Source of the DNA: Octopus bimaculoides
Lineage: Eukaryota
Direction of reading: 5' to 3'
Length of the DNA: 45,832 nucleotides
NCBI RefSeq assembly: GCF_001194135.2
Contig: NC_068989.1
Location: 21,009,546 to 21,055,377, forward strand
Shown here piece by piece: positions 1 through 11,839 of the stretch. Within the stretch, counting starts at the first letter, position 1; each line of letters starts with the position of its first letter. A program made the position numbers and the translations under genes. Under the pieces are notes generated by a model. The model saw only the letters and a list, made by a program, of their open reading frames with translations. It searched no databases and had not been told where the DNA came from.

Positions 1-37
<37 letters not shown>
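1..37. repeat. (TA)n microsatellite
   Basis: Direct reading of the sequence. Confidence 0.95.
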
Positions 38-39
<2 letters not shown>

Positions 40-334
40 TGTATATGTATGTGCATATATATATACATGTATTTAACAAATTAAATAAAATAACGCAACA
101 TTTGTATGGAATTGTGGGTATTTGATAATAGTTCAACTACATATTACTTGATGTTATGTGTGCGCGAAATTTGTCAAAATTTTCTGATGATGGAATCATA
201 GTGATGAAAAATAAAGGAGGTTTGAAATAATTTCTACTTGAGAATATCTAGGTTTCCATTGGTTGCTATTTCTTTAAGATGAAGAGACAAAGAAGAAACT
301 CCTTCGGTGGAACGCTCCTCTCACTTTTAATTAG

Positions 335-423
335 TTCCGGGTCAGAAGACACCCCGATCCTGTTTATACCATCTTTTCCCTTATATAGAGTATTTCGGAT
401 TACATTATTTTATAATGGTGTGA
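335..423 (+). CDS. Candidate alternative terminal exon of an upstream cholinesterase-like paralog: (V)PGQKTPRSCLYHLFPYIEYFGLHYFIMV*
   Basis: AG at 333-334 and phase-1 reading. Ungapped homology to 28649-28737 with AG and final TGA at equivalent positions. No transcript evidence. Confidence 0.3.
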
Positions 424-575
424 TAGGCTTGGGTGGGGAACGCACAATCATTTCTGTCGACCATATACAAAGATATATATTTCAAATACATACAATAATT
501 ATTTACTCTAATTGCAATGATACAATTTTAATAACAAAATTAACAATGAATATTTTATTCCATCGTATTTTTTAG

Positions 576-679
576 TACCAAGTGGAGCACAAAATATTTG
601 GACTTTCCAAGGAAGAATACTAACCTCATTCACATCAATTTTCTTCTCATTGATGTTGTTCTGGAACTTTTTGCTTTAA
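576..679 (+). CDS. Terminal exon encoding a GPI-anchor-like signal, (V)PSGAQNIWTFQGRILTSFTSIFFSLMLFWNFLL*, probably of an upstream cholinesterase-like paralog whose body lies outside the window
   Basis: Strong acceptor (gtattttttag) at 575, small residues then a hydrophobic tail and stop, AATAAA at 721. Clear paralog of 29085-29173. Confidence 0.55.
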
Positions 680-720
680 TGATGCTTCAATTAATTACAT
701 CCCTCAATTATTATCTGATT

Positions 721-726
721 AATAAA
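721..726 (+). terminator. Polyadenylation signal AATAAA after the 576-679 exon
   Basis: Conserved at the equivalent position in the paralogous copy (29243-29248). Confidence 0.5.
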
Positions 727-797
727 ATCTTTTTGTTTTGTTTTGTATTTTTCATGTATTAAACCAAATACCTTTACATTATAAATAACATTAAATC

Positions 798-960
798 ATA
801 GTACACACACACATTTACACAGGCACACATATTCACACACGCACACAGGGAAACACACACACTCACACACGCACACAGGGAAGCAGACATACTCACACAC
901 ATCCTCCTCACACACGCACACGCACACGCACACACATATATAGGCACACACTCATATACA
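798..960. repeat. Compound (CA)n-rich simple repeat
   Basis: Direct reading. Confidence 0.9.
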
Positions 961-2104
961 CACACATTATCACATGAGTCCTTCAGTGGCTTTATCAAGT
1001 AAATTGGATTGTCAAAATTTGTTGTCTTGAATATTCCGTAGTCAGGTGTACTTTTGACGTAATCCTTTGACAATGTTTGCTGAATATACAAAATTTGACA
1101 TTGCTGTCGAATTCCTGATTTGTTTCAAGAATATTGATATAAATTTTTTAGCAACTGAGTCAACACGTTTTCAGCTATAGCCTTGTGCAAACCCAAAACT
1201 TGTGAGAGGAATTTGTTCACTAAAATCCACATTTTTATTTGAATGACTGTGCTTGCCAATTAATGGATTGGTTTTCTCGCAAACTGTTACGCTGATTTTG
1301 TCTGAGAATTAGGTTAATAGTGCAGCCTTTGGTGGAATATTCAAAACACACCACAAACCTGCAATTTAATTGATAGTGGCAGCAGTTCATATCGAAAAAC
1401 AACTAGATTACTCGTTGCCGCAAACGACGGAGATCCGTTTACCTACACTGATATATGTATACATGCATACCTATTGGCATGGATATACACCTTAGCATGG
1501 GCATGAATGCATATATAAATTTTTGTTTGCTAAGAATTTGAATTGCACAACACTATCTAAACTTAATCTACAAAAAAAAAAGAAGAAAACTCGTAAATGC
1601 ATACATGCATGATGGCAGCTAACTCGTATGTGAGCAGGACATTTTTCAAGAAATTATCTTATCCTAAGATGTTAAAACAATGGCTGTCAGTAATGCCTAT
1701 CTGAAACTTAAAGGCAATAACAGCTTGCACAACTCCGCTCACACTATCACTTCAGAGCCAAGTAATCCGGAAACAAGCTTGAGCAAGATGTCAGATTTCG
1801 TAATGAGACAGATACTATTTCAGAATTTCTTTCTACTAGAGAGATATTTAAAGAAAGACTAGGGCGCTCACATCGACAGAAGTTCGATAGCCTTATAATC
1901 TCATGTGCCTGTTCTTCCTTTGACAGGATATTTTCCCTTCCAGCAGTGTCCACCAAAAACACTCTCCTTACCAAGTAGGCTTGGCGGGTTGCCGTTGTAG
2001 TCGCCGACGTCTAGATTACACGACTGGTTGTACTGAGTTTCATATTACCTCTAACTCTAAGAGTTACTTGCCTTGCATGCATGCATGCATGCATGCATAG
2101 ATAG

Positions 2105-2650
2105 ATATCTTTTTATTATAGCCACACAGGGCTAAATACAGAAAATGGACAAATTACAAAGTAGGGCTTTTCTTTGGNNNNNNNNNNNNNNNNNNNNNNN
2201 NNNNNNNNNNNNNNNNNNNNNNNNNNNNNNNNNNNNNNNNNNNNNNNNNNNNNNNNNNNNNNNNNNNNNNNNNNNNNNNNNNNNNTCAATAGGGATCGTG
2301 TATCACAGTGAATGTAAAAAACGGGGAACAGGTTAGGTTTATCCGTGGAGAGAAAAGCCTACGGAAAAGACCACGGTCACCTCAGGCTTTTTTTTCTTTT
2401 AAAGGTACATGAAAGTAAGTACCTTCTCTCTTTTTGTCTCTTTTTGTTACAAGTCTATGCTTAAAATGGTGTCGTCTTTCATTCTTACCATTCTTGCCAC
2501 AGTTACCCATTTTTTATTGAAACTTTCATTCGACAGCACCTTCCTCTCTATCCTCATCCTCCTTTTCAAGTGGTACTTGAAAAAGTTGACGAGGGACTGA
2601 CCAGACAGGAAAGTGTTTGTTTGTAGACCTTTCAAACGCGTCCACCATAC
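2105..2650 (-). mobile_element. 3' end of an L1/Tx1-like non-LTR retrotransposon (ORF2 C-terminus plus 3' UTR), interrupted by a gap
   Basis: Minus frame WWTRLKGLQTNTFLSGQSLVNFFKYHLKRRMRIERKVLSNESFNKKWVTVARM resembles Tx1-type ORF2 ends. Its tail (tttgtcc...tatttagccctgtgtgg...aataaa) resembles the SINE tail at 11786-11840. Confidence 0.6.
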
Positions 2651-2702
<52 letters not shown>

Positions 2703-2742
2703 GAGATAGATAGATAGATAGATACATACATACATACATACA
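2651..2742. repeat. (GATA)n/(CATA)n microsatellite
   Basis: Direct reading. Confidence 0.95.
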
Positions 2743-3080
2743 AGCATACATATACACATACATATTACACACTTGCAGTCATGTTGATTGCATCATCCTC
2801 ACAAATGGTTTCTATGTCTTTTTTGCTTTCTCCTTGTCAATGGCATTACTAACTTTCTGACAATGACTGTTTGGTCCTGCTGAAGATCCCTATAACTGTA
2901 CGCTTCCCGTTGGTAAAGTTTACTTTCAGTAGATGAAATCATAAATGACGACACCATAAAGAAATACCAGTAAGGTGTTAGATTATAGTGATAAACAATT
3001 GTACAGCACGAGTACCATTCTCTGAATCTCCATGGAAAAATTATCCGAAGAGCCATAACCACATTCCCACTAACAGCTGA

Positions 3081-3197
3081 TGTTCTGGAACTTATTTTTT
3101 AATGCTATTTTACTTACTTATATCAGTTCATTATGATCTAATTAATTAAATTATCTTGTTATATTTTGTAGTTATGAGTTATGTATCAAACCAAATA
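3081..3197 (+). pseudogene. Degenerate third copy of the GPI-exon 3' end and 3' UTR
   Basis: Shares tgttctggaact...ttaatg, attat-atct-att and atgtat-aaaccaaata blocks with 657-770. No intact reading frame. Confidence 0.45.
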
Positions 3198-3284
3198 TAT
3201 ACAAATCCCCATTGTTGTAAGCGAAAGGGTACCGGTCATTCGCCATGATAAATCGCTGACCACTACATATATTTTTTTCTCTCC

Positions 3285-3420
3285 TTGTTTCTCTCCTTGT
3301 TTCTTTCTGCGTTCCTTTCTGGTAAAGACTTTCTCTATTCCCAAGCGTTATACTAATATATGCATTTGTTGTTTACACCACCTGTCTTCGTCTGTTGTTT
3401 ATTCGTGAATTCTCCCTATA
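3285..3420 (+). mobile_element. Penelope-like pseudo-LTR fragment lacking the ribozyme core
   Basis: Reverse-complement match to 13030-13200, with the gaagagcgtagctcgaaacgtc segment missing. Confidence 0.55.
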
Positions 3421-3857
3421 TATATATATATTAACATATATAGTTTTGAGACCGTAGCAATATTGATGTACTACACTCAAAATACACTTATTTACTCATG
3501 CGTTAAGACGGTAACCTGTTTGAATCGTTAGCTCCTCGAATAAATTGGCGGCATTTATTATGGAGACGTCCTGTATCCAAATTTCACTGAGGTATAATAT
3601 TCTTTTTTCATCCTTTCGGGGTCGGTAAATGTGGAAGGATTCCGACCATCTCCCAAGTGACTAAAAGTGGACTGATTCATTGTTATATATTTTTAAAAAA
3701 ACTGTGAGTGATTGGTGTTTCGGGTTGATAAGCAGTTCACTGTGAGCCGTGATTTAGAGCGTTGAGTCCCATGTAATATTAATAGTGGTGTGTCGTGTAC
3801 ATACTTTCTTTCCCTCCTGTTTCGCTATATTATATCCAAATTACAAGGATATAAAAG

Positions 3858-5820
3858 TGGCAACGAGTTGTTTGAAACTTGCGTTGGGCGAAAGAAAAAT
3901 TCATTTAACATGGAAATCTCATTGGTCTCCGTGGAGCAGTTACAGCAGCAACAGCATTAACGAAACCAAACTTTTTTGGAATTAATGTTGAAGAAGTCTG
4001 AAAATACTTCAGGTTCGTAATCGGCAGACAGCGTAGCAAATTCAGTTATAATCCAGAAGAAGGGATTACCATCTCTGCATATTTTCGTAGATACGAAGAA
4101 ATCTTCAAAGAAAAGTGTAAAAGTTGGTCCGACGAGAAAAAAGTACGACTACTTTAAGAAAGTTATACTCTGCCGAACACGAAAAATATAGCGACTTTAC
4201 AAGCATTTTTAGGATAAGTAAAATATTATATTCCAAATATGTATGAGGTGAGAGTTCCACTGACTAATCCGTTGAAAAAAGATATAAAATGGAATTGGTT
4301 GGGAAATTGTCAAAAGGCGTTTTACGAAATATACAAATGTTAATATCTGATTTGTCGTTAGCACACTTCGATCCTGCAGCGGAGATTGTTGCAGCTTCAA
4401 ACGCTTCTGAGTACGGCAAAGGAGCAGTAAAGCTATATAGATATAAAGATAGTAACATGAAGGCGGTGGTTCATGGTTGACCTTCTCTAATATCAGGGCA
4501 GAAAAATTATAGTTAAATCGAAAAAAGCAGCTCTAGCGATTACTTTTGCAGTGAAAGATTTTTGCACAGTAGAAGTTTTCGTCTACAGACTGATCATCGT
4601 CCATTATTGTCAATATGTGGGTAAAAAAAAAAGGAATCGCTAACCATACTGCTAATAGGTTGCAACGCTGTGGTACGATATTATTAAACTATAATTTCAA
4701 GATGCAGTATATACCATTCAAGAAGGTAGATCATGCAGATTGTCTATGAAGACTGATTTCGAGAAATGTGGAACCATGGATGCTTGGCGAGCGGAAAATG
4801 AAATTAAAAATGTTTTTGTAACGTCATTCGTGAACACATAAAATTAAAATAGGAAAACAATAAATTCGTTTAAAAAAATGAAAGAAAAACTGAAGACTAA
4901 AAGAGATAAAAATATGCATAACACAAATGCTAACCATTTCTTATTGTGTGACCATGTGTTGATGTATGCACAAAGAATCGTTGTGCCATCCACACTGCAA
5001 AAGCAATTATCAAAAGAATTTCATATTGGTCACCCAGGGATTTCGAGAATGAAATCGTTAATGAGAAGTTATGTATATTGGCCAACAATGGACCGTGACA
5101 TTGAAGAATCAGGGAAAGCATGCAGCACTGTAAAAGCGCCTACCACTAAATAGCACCCGTAGTCAAAAACAGATGTCCAATGAGCTACACTGCATTTTGA
5201 TTACACGGGTCCACTGAAGGGTTCATATTACCTTGTTGCGGTGGACAGTTTTTCAAAGTGGCCGGAAGTGCATAAATGTAAAAATCTGACACCAGCGGTT
5301 GCAATAAGTTTTCTTTGCATGAATTGTTCGCCAGGTGTGGTATTCCGGATACCATTGTGTCTGATAATGGAACTCAATTTAAATTAGGTGAGTTGAGAAA
5401 ATTTTGTAAAGTGTTCGTCATCGAACATGTCACCAATCCACCGTATCATCCTAGGTCAAATGCACAAGCGGAGCATTTTGTTGACGCTTTCAAGAGGTTG
5501 TTGAGAAAAGGCGAAGAATGAAGACGATTTTTCACTTCAACAATTTCTAAGAGTGTACCAAGCAACACCTAATCCAAATACACCGCCGGGAATGTCATCC
5601 GCAGAATTGCTGTTTGCTAGAAAGGTCAGATCCGTCTTTGATAATCTGATATCGTGCGAAAATATAAAAAAGCTGAAAAACAAAAATACTTCAGAATTCT
5701 TCAAGTTAGGTGACATAGTTTTCTTTACACCTTTAGATGTGGTAAAGAAGGCGGGGAGGACGGTGTAATAATTAAACAAATTGGAAGAATGTTATACCTG
5801 GTAAAAGTAAACAACGTCTA
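3858..5820 (+). mobile_element. Degenerate, internally deleted Ty3/Gypsy (Mag/K02A2.6-like) LTR retrotransposon: gag, RNase H, integrase
   Basis: PBS-like TGGCAACGAG at 3858; gag-like YNPEEG...YFRRYEEIF. RNase H LAHFDPAAEIVAASNASEYGKGAV; integrase zinc region FHIGHPGISRMKSLMRSYVYWP and core GIPDTIVSDNGTQF...PYHPRSNAQAE. Many stops and frameshifts. Confidence 0.9.
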
Positions 5821-6728
5821 ACATAATGACAAACGGTGAGTGGCAGACACGCTCTTTCTATCTGTTCTTTTCACACGCAAAAACACACGTATGTAAGTGC
5901 ACACATAGGAAGGATACACACTAAGATTTGTTCGTTACAACATACATTCGTTTTACGTTTGTTCTCCTTAATAGTATTGGTTAAATGAATATACGATATT
6001 AATCTATCCTTTTACAGCCCTTTGCCCTTCCTGTCACAAACCTTTATCAGTTTTTCGAATGAGTATTCTCTTATTTCATGCGTTTATAACAGTGGAAACG
6101 TTAGACGATTTGTTGTCAAGGAAATACCAACAAACAGTACCCCATGTAAGTCAATTGCTTTTGTAAAGCTTACAAAATATAAATATTATACACAGATACA
6201 TGCGCATGAAAATTCGCCATGTATGTATATATGTATATATACATGCGCACATACGAAAAAGCACGCAGACATAATTGACATATAAAGCGGGGGATTCGCG
6301 GTTAGCGTTAAAAATATATTATGAAAGTAAGGAACATGTAAGAAATGGAGCAGCACGGAATGTTTTCAAGTTTTAGTATATAACGTATTAATTAAACACG
6401 TGAAAAGTAAAAGTTTTGATGTTTCGGACGATAGTTCTTCATGAAAAGAAAAATACAGAGGAGGAGAGCGAATTAAATGTGATTGGAGGAAAGAAACGAG
6501 GAAGGTGATTGGGTGAGAATGCAGCTCTGTGTGTTAACTTAAGAAATTAGGAGTTAAGATATGCTAAATCATCCTAAAACCATGTCATAACCTAAATAAA
6601 GAAATGACTCATGAGATAATGTAGTAAGTGGTTTATGATTGAAGGAAACTTTTGAAAATAGTGCTGCTCAATCATGATATAAGCAAAAATTTAACAATAT
6701 AAATACACACAAAGACACAAATATGCAT

Positions 6729-6730
<2 letters not shown>

Positions 6731-6769
<39 letters not shown>

Positions 6770-6840
6770 TACATGCATATATCTATCTATCTATCTATCT
6801 ACCTATCTATCTATCTATCTATCTATTTGTGTGTGTGTAT
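6731..6840. repeat. (CA)n, (TATC)n and (TG)n microsatellites
   Basis: Direct reading. Confidence 0.9.
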
Positions 6841-6844
6841 GCGT

Positions 6845-7560
6845 ATGAGTTTTATTTAACTTCATAAAAGAATTCAAGCCGGTCGCTCACGGATCGAGAA
6901 GACTTCTTGAGAGAAGTAAGCTCGTGGTGTTTGTAGATATGTGGTTGATTTAGTGTGTTGACTGTGCGGTTGATACACACCCACAAGTGTCTGGATCTAC
7001 TCAGTCTTAAATAGAAAATCTTTGAAATGTCTTACAAAACTTCACAATGCCGTTAATAGATTGGATCTAGAGAATCCGCATCAGTTTCTTTAGCTCTGTT
7101 GTTTGAAAACCCAGTATTTCTAGGTTTTTGTATAAATGTGTAGGTACATAGCCTAATGAACCTATAATGATAGTTACAAATGAGAATTTATATTTAGCGT
7201 AGAAGAGCTGTACGTTCGAAGTTAACTCACTATAAATGTTATCTTTTTCGTAGACGTTTAGTGGTACATTCTGTTGGGCAGCTGGCCCCTACAACAGGGC
7301 ATGGCTTTTGCTTCCTGTCACACAAAAACAATATCAGATCTGTTATGTTTACGCAGAATTGCTTTTTTTATTAGAGCGTTCCACCAGTATTCCTTGGCTT
7401 AAAGGTAGGAATATATGCTGCGGATAGGGTTTTAAATATTCTTTAAATATCATGCCTCAAGGGAAGGTAATGTCCGTTGACATTTTGGGTAGCTGCTGAT
7501 GATGTGGGTGATATCGTCCCCGCTGGAATAGCAGAGCCGAAATTTCCTATCGCAACTAGA
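6845..7560 (-). mobile_element. 3' fragment of an RLE-type non-LTR retrotransposon (R4/NeSL-like)
   Basis: Frameshifted minus reading HNRSDIV...SCP...KYKFSFVTIIIGSLGYVP...IQSINGIVKFCKTF matches the PD-(D/E)xK restriction-like endonuclease domain. Confidence 0.75.
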
Positions 7561-7654
7561 GATTTACTCATATGTTCGTCTCTCTTCTTTATCAGGAGTT
7601 TATTAGCTACTACCTGATCGTTGATAGCAAAGCCATATCCTTCTATGTGTGATG

Positions 7655-8475
7655 TTATGTGTCTATGACAGAAAAAGAAAGAAGAATCAGAAAAAGAGAT
7701 GGAGAAGAAAGTCGTAAAGGTGGTTGAAAAGGAAGTCGTAAAGAGTTGTAAAGGAGGTCGAGAAAGAAGTAGAAAATGAGGTTGAGAAGGAAGTTATGGA
7801 AGGGAGGAGATAGAAACAAGCATACTAGAGAGGCTTTTTGGACAGCAAATAGAAGAAATGGAGACACTAACCAAAGTGAATGAAGTGGCGCCAAGAGTGA
7901 AACATGGGAAACAAGCAAGAAGACAAAGAAAACATAGCTGGAATTTCGTGACATAAGCTAAAAGCATATATACCGAAAGAGTTATAACCAAGCTGAAATC
8001 CGTTATAAGGGTTCAGTTGCCAAAGAAGATGTACGCTGAAAACGTAAAAGCTATTCTAATCGATAAAGAAAAATATAAAAATTTGAAGGAAAAGTGTCAC
8101 ATTGAGCAGCCGGGATTTGTGGTGCCGCCCGTAGTAGAATTAAGTGAACTAGATCCTTACATCAGATATTTAAAAAGAAAGAGAGTAAAATAGTTTTAAA
8201 AAAACAGAAGAAAAGAAGAGTAAACAAAATGATGCTAATAGTGAAAAATTAAGGAAAAAAGAAAAGATTACAAACTGTAAGTAAGAACGTTCAAATGGTA
8301 CTGCATGTGAGTGGGACGCATGCAGTCACTTTATCACCATCGAATTCGTTGAACATTTTTTCATTTTACATTCATTTTATGTTTTTAGTTTCCACTGTGG
8401 TGTTCTGTCCGTCCTTGTGCTATCCCCTCCGTGTCATAACCAAGGTGCTAAGTAAAAAGAATTACAGTTATCGAG
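7655..8475 (+). mobile_element. Tx1/L1-like ORF1-type element, copy A (5'-truncated)
   Basis: E/K-rich linker and 3' region (PRVKHGKQARRQRKHSWNFVT; aagtaagaacgttcaaatggtactgcatgtgagtggg) shared with copy B. Confidence 0.7.
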
Positions 8476-10112
8476 ACATTTTCTATTGGTTGTAGCAGTG
8501 TATTTTTTGAAATCTTTACGATTCTGTTGAAGTAAGTATGATATTGTTATAATTGTTAAAGGACTCCCCTCGTTGGTGTACCACGTTTTGTTCCTTGTTG
8601 AAATTGCTGTTTTTACTAACGAGGTTTTGTTGAATTTTGTTTTTTTTTCCCATTTATTGGAGAGCCAGATAGAAGAATTGAAATGGAAACTGGACCAGCA
8701 AATAGCGACAGTTATGCTGCTGCAACTGGCAGAGGAATAGAAGGAGAGGCTTTGTAAATTCGAGAAGTAAAAATTGAGCCAAGAAAGCTGAAAGAAAGCG
8801 GCAATCTATTGGAAGAAGAAGGCCACAACCTTAAATTGACACTCCCATGTGACTTAACAAATGGAATTAAAAAAAGGAAAGCGATACACAAAACACTGAA
8901 GGTATCGACGAGGAAAATCGAAATAACTACGATGGAAGACATATAGAAGTGTTTAAAAGAGATCAAAAGGATCACCACGTTTATAACAAGAGAAAGAAGA
9001 TATGGCACAATGGAGGTGCGATTCACAGACGAAGAAGAAGCGATAAAGCACTCCACTGATGCCATAAAGACAGAAGAGTGGGTTCTCCTACCCACATACT
9101 GTGAAAAGCGAGTTGTCACAGTAAGGGTGAGAAAAGAGCCACCAGTGTTGAATGAGACATGGCTGGTTGCTGCAGTCATGTACAATATCGAGGAGGATCC
9201 GAAGATCCCGAGAGTAACAAGAACGGAAAGAGTGAACTGCTAGGGAATACGGAATCGCGATGGCAGTACAAGGAAGTTTGAGTGACATGAATAAGATTCC
9301 AGAAGAAATTATCCTACCCGAAGATATGAGATTGAGTGTGATGGTGGAGGGCAGACCTCCCATATACTACTTGTGTGGTGCGAAAGGCCACATGAAGGCG
9401 AGGTTCCCCCGGAGAGAAGAGAAAGAGGAACAAATGGAACAGTCTGAGGAGCAGGAGATAGTGAATGATGTGGTCCAGGAAGATGAGAAGGAGACAACAG
9501 CAATAGAGGAGAAACTTGAAGTGGTTAAAAAACGATAAAGGAAAGAAAGAATGGACGAAGAAGAGACAGAAGCAAGCATACTAGAAGGCTTTCTAACCAA
9601 TGAAGTAGAACAGGAACGAGATGAAACAACATTAACCGAAATGGAAGAAGTAGTGCCAAGAGTAGAACATGGTAAACAAGCAAGAAGGCGGAGAAAACAT
9701 AGTTGGAATTTTGTGACATATGCCTAAAAATGTAAACACAGAAAAAATGATAACCAAATTGAAATCAGTTATAAGGGTTAAGTTACCCAAGGAGATGTAG
9801 TAGAATTAAGTGAAAAAGTGCCATACATAAGGTATTAAAAAAGACAGTAAAGTTTTGTTTTAAAAATGAGAAAACAAAGAGTAAACGAAATGATGCTAAT
9901 GATGAAAAACCATCGAAAAAGAAAGAGATTATGAACTGAAAGTAAGAACGTTCAAATGGTACTGCATGTGAGTGGGGTGCATGCACCATTTCATTACCAT
10001 CGATTTCATTGTACATTTTTTCAGTTTTCATACGTTTTATATTTTTTACTGTGGTATTCTGTCTCTCCTTGTTCTGTCTCTGTGCCAAATAAAATGAATT
10101 ACAGTCAGCGAG
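8476..10112 (+). mobile_element. Tx1/L1-like ORF1-only element, copy B
   Basis: ATG at 8683 (METGPANSDSYAAA), RRM-like RRYGTMEVRFTDEEEA, degenerate zinc knuckle EGRPPIYYLCGAKGHMKARF and an acidic linker. No ORF2; T-rich 3' UTR. Confidence 0.75.
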
Positions 10113-11613
10113 CCACGCCTGAGTTGATTTTGTATTATATATTGTTGCGGATAAGATATCTTTTTGTTGGGGGTCCTCCCTGGTGAGGTTACCTGTTGTT
10201 GACGATAGTTTTGACTTGTGATATTGTTTGNNNNNNNNNNNNNNNNNNNNNNNNNNNNNNNNNNNNNNNNNNNNNNNNNNNNNNNNNNNNNNNNNNNNNN
10301 NNNNNNNNNNNNNNNNNNNNNNNNNNNNNNNNNNNNNNNNNNNNNNNNNNNNNNNNNNNNNNNNNNNNNNNNNNNNNNNNNNNNNNNNNNNNNNNNNNNN
10401 NNNNNNNNNNNNNNNNNNNNNNNNNNNNNNNNNNNNNNNNNNNNNNNNNNNNNNNNNNNNNNNNNNNNNNNNNNNNNGGTAACCGTGGACTTCGAGACAG
10501 TGAGGAGCGGTGGAGGGTTGTTGGAGGGAGAGGGAACAGCCAGAAGAGGTAACAGGAAGCAAGGAGGGGAAACAGTGGTTTGCCGAGCCCTCTCATTGGT
10601 AACCGGGAAGGTTTACGTTGCGAGAGGGGTGGAGGAGTGTTTGAAAGGGATAAGTGGTGGTGTGGAGTTCTGCTGTGGAGGCGGAAGGTTTGGCATGGTG
10701 GAGGTGCGCTACCCGACGGTCGAGGGGGCGGCGGGGCACTCCGTGGCGCCCTTGAAATCGGAAGGATGAGCACTGCAGCCAACTTGCATCGGAGAGCGAG
10801 TGGCAGGAGTGAGATTAGGCAAGGGACCCCTGGAAATCGATGGGATGTCGCTGCTGGCGACTGTTCTGATGAACACCAGGGATGGCCCCTGGTGCTGCAG
10901 GTGCGCCGTACGAAAGCAACTAACACAGCAACTAACACGCAAGAATATACCAGACAATCCAGAATCCCCAACCAAATATACACCACCACGTACATATAGT
11001 CCAGTAACACCAATAAAATATGCACAAGCACTCACAAACACTTCATGTATGCGAACAAATTCTGACAGTATAAATTCATTAATTGACTACACACAAGCAG
11101 ACACACAAGAAACACAAAACAGTTATAAAAACAGAGTATATATAACACACTATTGGACGAATGCATCAATTGAAGAAAAAATAGAGAAGATGAATGCAGT
11201 AATTAGAGTTATGGAAAAAGAAAACAGGAGTCTTAGGTACGGAAAGCATTTTCATTGACAGGAAAAACTCTAAAAAATTAAGAGCAGATTTTAGGGACGA
11301 AGCAAACCCATTATGGGTAGAAATAAGATACGATCATCTGCCACTTGTGGTAGAATTCGAAAAACTGAAACCGCTTTGCATTTAATAAGATAATTATTCG
11401 GATAAACGTTGGATTAAAAATAATGTAAAAATATAGTTAAAATCGTACTGCTCGGAAGTGAGTTCGAGTAGTAGTCATTACATCTTAAATTTTATATAAT
11501 TTCATTTCATTCATCCGTTTATGTTTTTTGTCCCCACTTGTGCTGTCTTATCTGTCCTTGTTCGTTCCCCTCTCTGTATGCCCTAATAGGCAATACAGAA
11601 ATACAGTCAGCGA
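10113..11613 (+). mobile_element. Tx1/L1-like ORF1-only element, copy C, with a G-rich 5' half (contains a gap)
   Basis: Frame VEECLKGISGGVEFCCGGGRFGMVEVRYPTVEGAAGHS aligns without gaps to copy B (KCLKEIKRITTFITRERRYGTMEVRFTDEEEAIKHS). Related 3' tail. Confidence 0.7.
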
Positions 11614-11839
11614 CGAGCTGGCAGAAACGTTAGCACGTCGGGCGAAATGCTTAGCGGTATTTCGTCTGCCGTTATGTTCTGAGTTCAAATTCCGCCGAGG
11701 TCGACTTTGCCTTTCATCCTTTCAGGGTCGATAAATTTAGTACCAGTTATGCACTGGGGTCGATGTAATCGACATAATCCCCTTGTCTGTCCTTGTTTGT
11801 CCCCTCTATATTTAGCCCCTTGTGGGTAATAAAGAAATA
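11614..11839 (+). mobile_element. tRNA-derived SINE with a 17-bp target-site duplication
   Basis: Head cgagctggcagaaacgttagc...gagttcaaattcc (box B-like). AGAAATACAGTCAGCGA is repeated at 11597-11613 and 11840-11856. Related copies at 27600 and 40595. Confidence 0.9.

Noticed and set aside
279-334. Possible T-peptide-like exon (D)EETKKKLLRWNAPLTFN*
   Set aside because: Only one Trp, no WAT periodicity and no counterpart in the paralog; too weak.
1680-1975. Possible Penelope-like N-terminal ORF remnant (REIFKERLGRSHRQKFDSL)
   Set aside because: No diagnostic motif; cannot be supported without a database search.
5830-5960. 3' LTR of the Gypsy element
   Set aside because: No matching sequence upstream of the PBS and no clear TG...CA ends or polypurine tract.
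10189-11031. Pro-rich 280-aa minus-strand ORF
   Set aside because: Antisense shadow of the G-rich element C plus a gap.
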